A stretch of DNA of 64,000 nucleotides from Acidobacteriota bacterium (GTDB lineage Bacteria > Acidobacteriota > UBA890 > WLXD01), in the NCBI GenBank assembly GCA_965205505.1, contig CBDBHB010000009.1, positions 2,752,001 to 2,816,000 of the forward strand. Reading direction: 5' to 3'. The notes below the pieces were generated by a model, which saw only the letters and a program-made list of their open reading frames with translations, ran no database searches and was not told where the DNA came from. Shown one piece after another: positions 60,256 to 64,000 of this stretch. The position numbers and the translations under genes are program-made. Positions within the stretch are counted from its first letter, which is position 1, and the number at the start of each line of letters is the position of its first letter.

Positions 60256-61926
60256 ATGAGCTTCCCTGCCGACTTCCAGATCGCTAGCTCGGCCACCTTG
60301 CGCCCCATCATCGATGTGGCGGCCGAGCTCGGGCTGGGGCCCGATGACCTCGATCTGTACGGATCTGACAAGGCCAAGATACGGAGGGCCACTCTCGAGC
60401 GCCTTGAGCCCAGGTCGAAGTTGGTGATCGTTACCGCGACAACACCGACCGCCGCGGGCGAGGGCAAGACGACGGTCAGCGTTGGATTGTCTCAGGCGCT
60501 GCGGCGCATTGGCCAGAAGGTCGCGACCGCTATCCGTGAGCCGAGCTTGGGGCCGGTGTTCGGGATCAAGGGCGGCGCCGCGGGCGGCGGCTACTCGCAG
60601 GTCCTACCGATGGAGGACATCAACCTCCATTTTACCGGTGACTTACATGCCATCACGTCGGCCAACAGCCTGCTGGCGGCGGCGATAGACAACCACATAC
60701 ATCAGGGAAACAAGCTCGGCATCGATCCGCGGCGCATCACGTGGCGGCGATGCATCGACATGAACGATCGCGCGTTGCGCCGAATCGTCATCGGCCTCGG
60801 CGGTCCGATGAGCGGTGTGCCTCGTGAGGACGGATTCGTGATCACCGCCGCCAGCGAGGTGATGGCGACGCTCTGCCTGGCTACGGATATAGATGATCTC
60901 GAGGTGCGTCTCGCTCGAATTATCATCGGTCCGGACCGCGAGGGCCGCCCGGTCTTGGCCCGCGACCTCGAGGTTACCGGTGCCATGACCATGCTTCTTC
61001 GGGATGCCATCAGACCGAACCTGGTGCAGACCATCGAGGGTGGCCCGGCTTTCGTACACGGCGGTCCATTCGCCAACATCGCCCACGGCTGCAACACGCT
61101 GGTTGCAACGCGCGCGGCCATGTCGCTGGCCGATATCGTGATCACCGAAGCGGGGTTCGGATCGGACCTCGGCTTCGAGAAATTCTGCAACATCAAGTGT
61201 CGTCTGGGTGGCATCAGTCCGCAGGCAGCCGTCCTGGTAACCACGATCAGGGCGCTGAAGCTGCATGGCGGTGCGGCGGCAAACGCGTTAACCACCGAGG
61301 ATGTCGCCGCCGTCGCGGCAGGCACCGCGAACTTGGACGCCCACATCGCCAACGTGCGCCACCATGGTCTGCCGCCGCTCGTTGCGATCAATCGCTTCGC
61401 GACCGATACCGACGCGGAGGTCGAGGCCGTTTTGGAGCATTGCGCCGCGAACGGCGTCCGTGCCGACACGCTGGAGATCCATTCCCGCGGCGGCGAGGGT
61501 GGCGAGTCGTTTGCCCACATGGTCGTGGCAGCGCTCGACAGCGGTGAGGCTGACTTCAAACACCCTTACGAGACGGACCTTCCGATTGCCGAAAAGATCG
61601 AGACGATTGCCACGAGCGTCTACGGCGCAGCGCGCGTCGAGCTGAGCTCGAAGGCGCGCAAGTCGATCGACTTTCTAGAGGCCAACGGCCTCGGACACAC
61701 GCCGGTATGCATGGCCAAGACGCCGGCCTCATTGACCGATGATGCGAGCCGCCTCGGTCGACCAACTGGCTTTGCGGTGCACGTGCAGGACGTGACGCCG
61801 TCGGCTGGGGCAGGCTTTGTGGTTGCCCATCTCGGCAACGTGATGACCATGCCAGGGCTCCCGAGGGTGCCGGCCGCGAATCGCATGCGCGTGACACCTG
61901 AGGGGGGCATCGAAGGCCTGTTCTGA
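60256..61926 (+). CDS. fhs: Formate--tetrahydrofolate ligase
   Basis: TPTAAGEGKTT, REPSLGPVFGIKGGAAGGGYSQV, VHGGPFANIAHG, TEAGFG, CMAKT, MTMPGLP. Confidence 0.97.
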   Translation: MSFPADFQIASSATLRPIIDVAAELGLGPDDLDLYGSDKAKIRRATLERLEPRSKLVIVTATTPTAAGEGKTTVSVGLSQALRRIGQKVATAIREPSLGPVFGIKGGAAGGGYSQVLPMEDINLHFTGDLHAITSANSLLAAAIDNHIHQGNKLGIDPRRITWRRCIDMNDRALRRIVIGLGGPMSGVPREDGFVITAASEVMATLCLATDIDDLEVRLARIIIGPDREGRPVLARDLEVTGAMTMLLRDAIRPNLVQTIEGGPAFVHGGPFANIAHGCNTLVATRAAMSLADIVITEAGFGSDLGFEKFCNIKCRLGGISPQAAVLVTTIRALKLHGGAAANALTTEDVAAVAAGTANLDAHIANVRHHGLPPLVAINRFATDTDAEVEAVLEHCAANGVRADTLEIHSRGGEGGESFAHMVVAALDSGEADFKHPYETDLPIAEKIETIATSVYGAARVELSSKARKSIDFLEANGLGHTPVCMAKTPASLTDDASRLGRPTGFAVHVQDVTPSAGAGFVVAHLGNVMTMPGLPRVPAANRMRVTPEGGIEGLF

Positions 61927-61933
61927 TGCCGGC

Positions 61934-63453
61934 GTGGGACATTCGGTAGTTGCCGGGAGCCGGAACGTGAGTGTAGGCGAGCTGCAAGATCTGCTTCGCG
62001 GCAGCGGCAGCGTGTTGGCTGCCGCGGCGGGCGTCGTTGCCGCGGCGAGCGCCGCGTTGCATGCGTTGCTTTTCAAACGCGACTCGCGTTCGGCACTCGG
62101 GTGGATCGCGGTCTCTGTGGCCTTCCCGCTGGTCGGGCCGGCGCTGTACTACGTGCTGGGCATCAACAGGATCCGCACGCGGGCCAAGCGCCTGCACGCC
62201 GATGCACCGGAGGAGGTCAAGCACCGGCCCGGGGTCGGGGCGCCGCCGGGCATGACTGGGAGCCGGTCAGCGGCCGTTGCCTACAAGGGCACCACAACAC
62301 CGGAGCCCCAGCTCGGCGACCTAGTTCGCCTCGGCCGGGTCGTCACTCGACGTTGCCTCACCGTTGGTAACACGGTAACGGTGTTGCACAACGGCGAGGG
62401 GGCCTACCCGCCGATGATCGACGCCATCCGTGGCGCGGAGCGGAGCGTTTACCTGGCGACCTATATCTTCGAGACCAACGCCACCGGCCTGGCGTTCGTG
62501 GAGGCCTTGTCGGCGGCAGTCTCGCGGGGCGTTAGCGTACGGGTGCTGGTGGACGGTGTGGGCGAGCTCTATGGCGGGCCACGGGCTTCCAAGGTATTGA
62601 TTCGAGCTGGCGTTCCGAGTGCGCGGTTTCTACCGCCTCGTTTGCTACCGCCGCAACTCGCAATCAACCTGCGTAACCACCGGAAGATCCTCGTAGCCGA
62701 CGGGTATGTGGCGTTCACGGGTGGCATGAACATTGGCGATCGGCATCTCGCTGATGACGATGATCCGCATCGGGTTACCGACATTCACTTTCTTCTCCGT
62801 GGGCCGGTCGTACGGCAAATAGAGGACGTCTTTCTGGAAGACTGGGAGTTCACTACAGGCGAAGCGCTAGAGCCGTCTCCGGTGCGCGAGGAAGTTGCCA
62901 ACGGCTCAACCTCGGCGCGCCTGGTAGTGGATGGCCCAGACGAGGATCTAGATCGCCTGGCGGCGATCCTCATCGGTGCGATTGGTGCCGCGCGCTGGCG
63001 AGTCTGGATCATGCGCCCTATTTCCTTCCACCACGCGAGCTCATAGCGGCACTAAAGGCGGCGGCGCTGCGCGGCACCGATGTCAGGGTGATCCTGCCAG
63101 CGAAAATCAACCTTCCCTACGTTCACTGGGCATCACGGAACATCCTCTGGGAACTGCTGCACTGGGGCGTGCGTGTGTTCTATCAGCCGGCCCCGTTCGC
63201 GCATTCGAAGTTGCTGCTGGTCGACGAGGAGTACGTCCAGATCGGCTCGGCGAACATCGATCCGCGCTCTTTGCGGCTCAACTTCGAGCTTTCGGTGGAA
63301 CTCTACGATCCTAGCCTGGCCGCCACGCTGGAAGCCTATGCCGAGGCGCTCATGGAGAAGTCGCGCGAGGTGAGCTTCGGCGAGTTAGACCAGCGGCACC
63401 TGGGCATCCGTATCCGCGATGCTCTCGCTGGCCTTTTTACTCCGTATCTATAG
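61934..63453 (+). CDS. cls: Cardiolipin synthase, frameshift near 63013
   Basis: N-terminal TM/PLDc_N; HKD motifs NHRKILVADG and HSKLLLVD; one extra A restores IMTPYFLP. Confidence 0.9.
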
Positions 63454-63708
63454 CAGGCCGTGGTGAAAGCGTGGTGGCCTCACGGCTGTTTCCACAGCGG
63501 GGTCATCTTTTCGTCCAGCAAGTACAGACTCGGCGATCCATCGCCCTGAATCGCCACCGCCGCTCCCGGCGCTCGGCCTGACGTAGGCGGTGCTCGATAC
63601 CCGCGATACGCTCTGCGATCTCCATCGGCTCAGATCTCCGTCGTCGAGACTCCTTGGATTCAACTCAGTCGCGCGCCACAATATGCAACGAACCTCTGTT
63701 ACAGGCCA
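63454..63708. mobile_element. Composite/degenerate MITE remnants
   Basis: 63451-63477 matches 10485-10511 with one mismatch; ~63640-63689 is an inverted match to ~34432-34485. Confidence 0.55.
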
Positions 63709-63712
63709 CTAG

Positions 63713-63983
63713 TGCTCCTGATCATAAGTACGGTGACGTTTGTGGCGCGCGCGAGCGGGGCGAATTGTAGGAGCGGCGACGAGGGCGATGCTGGGTGTAT
63801 CGTCGAGGCGCCGCGACGCCCAAGGTGGCCGGTCCCGCGGCCACCCGGAGGGCAGGAGCGATAGGCGGGCGATCTCGGCGTCAGGGCTCCTCGAGGATGG
63901 CTAAGGCATCGCCTTCCTCACCCTTCCTTGATCTCGCCCGCATCTCGCTCCTGCAAACGTCACCGTACTTATGATCAGGAGCA
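63713..63983. mobile_element. MITE (271 bp) with perfect 30-bp TIRs and CTAG flanks
   Basis: CTAG-TGCTCCTGATCATAAGTACGGTGACGTTTG...CAAACGTCACCGTACTTATGATCAGGAGCA-CTAG; no ORF. Confidence 0.85.
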
Positions 63984-64000
63984 CTAGTGTGACGATTGCG

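Overview
GC-rich bacterial DNA, most likely Acidobacteriota, based on the PadR plus ADOP-type duplicated permease pair, a GWxTD/TPR protein and Hanks-kinase termini ending 'VVLNWFDELKRLVP'. The window has housekeeping genes (mtaB 3' end, metH, fhs, cls, tRNA-Leu(TAA)), a cluster of secreted beta-propeller proteins (two choice-of-anchor B paralogs, YncE-like, FG-GAP), phosphonate/sulfonate-related genes (phnW, DUF5690, a split TPP decarboxylase) and many signal-peptide-bearing amide/peptide hydrolases. Four things stand out. (1) At ~2865-3205 there is a candidate sigma54-driven ncRNA made of two tandem hairpin units with an invariant 27-nt core and fully different but still paired outer stems. 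(2) The ~29.3-46.2 kb region next to tRNA-Leu is a mosaic of unrelated cargo genes separated by at least 7 Ser/Thr-kinase gene scraps and 4 copies of a related promoter; one kinase 5' end is split by an 11.1-kb segment bounded by a 13-bp direct repeat. (3) There is a family of CTAG-targeting MITEs, two of which bracket the decarboxylase pair. (4) Several frameshifts and in-frame stops may be read errors or real decay. All calls come from motif recognition by eye; no searches were run.
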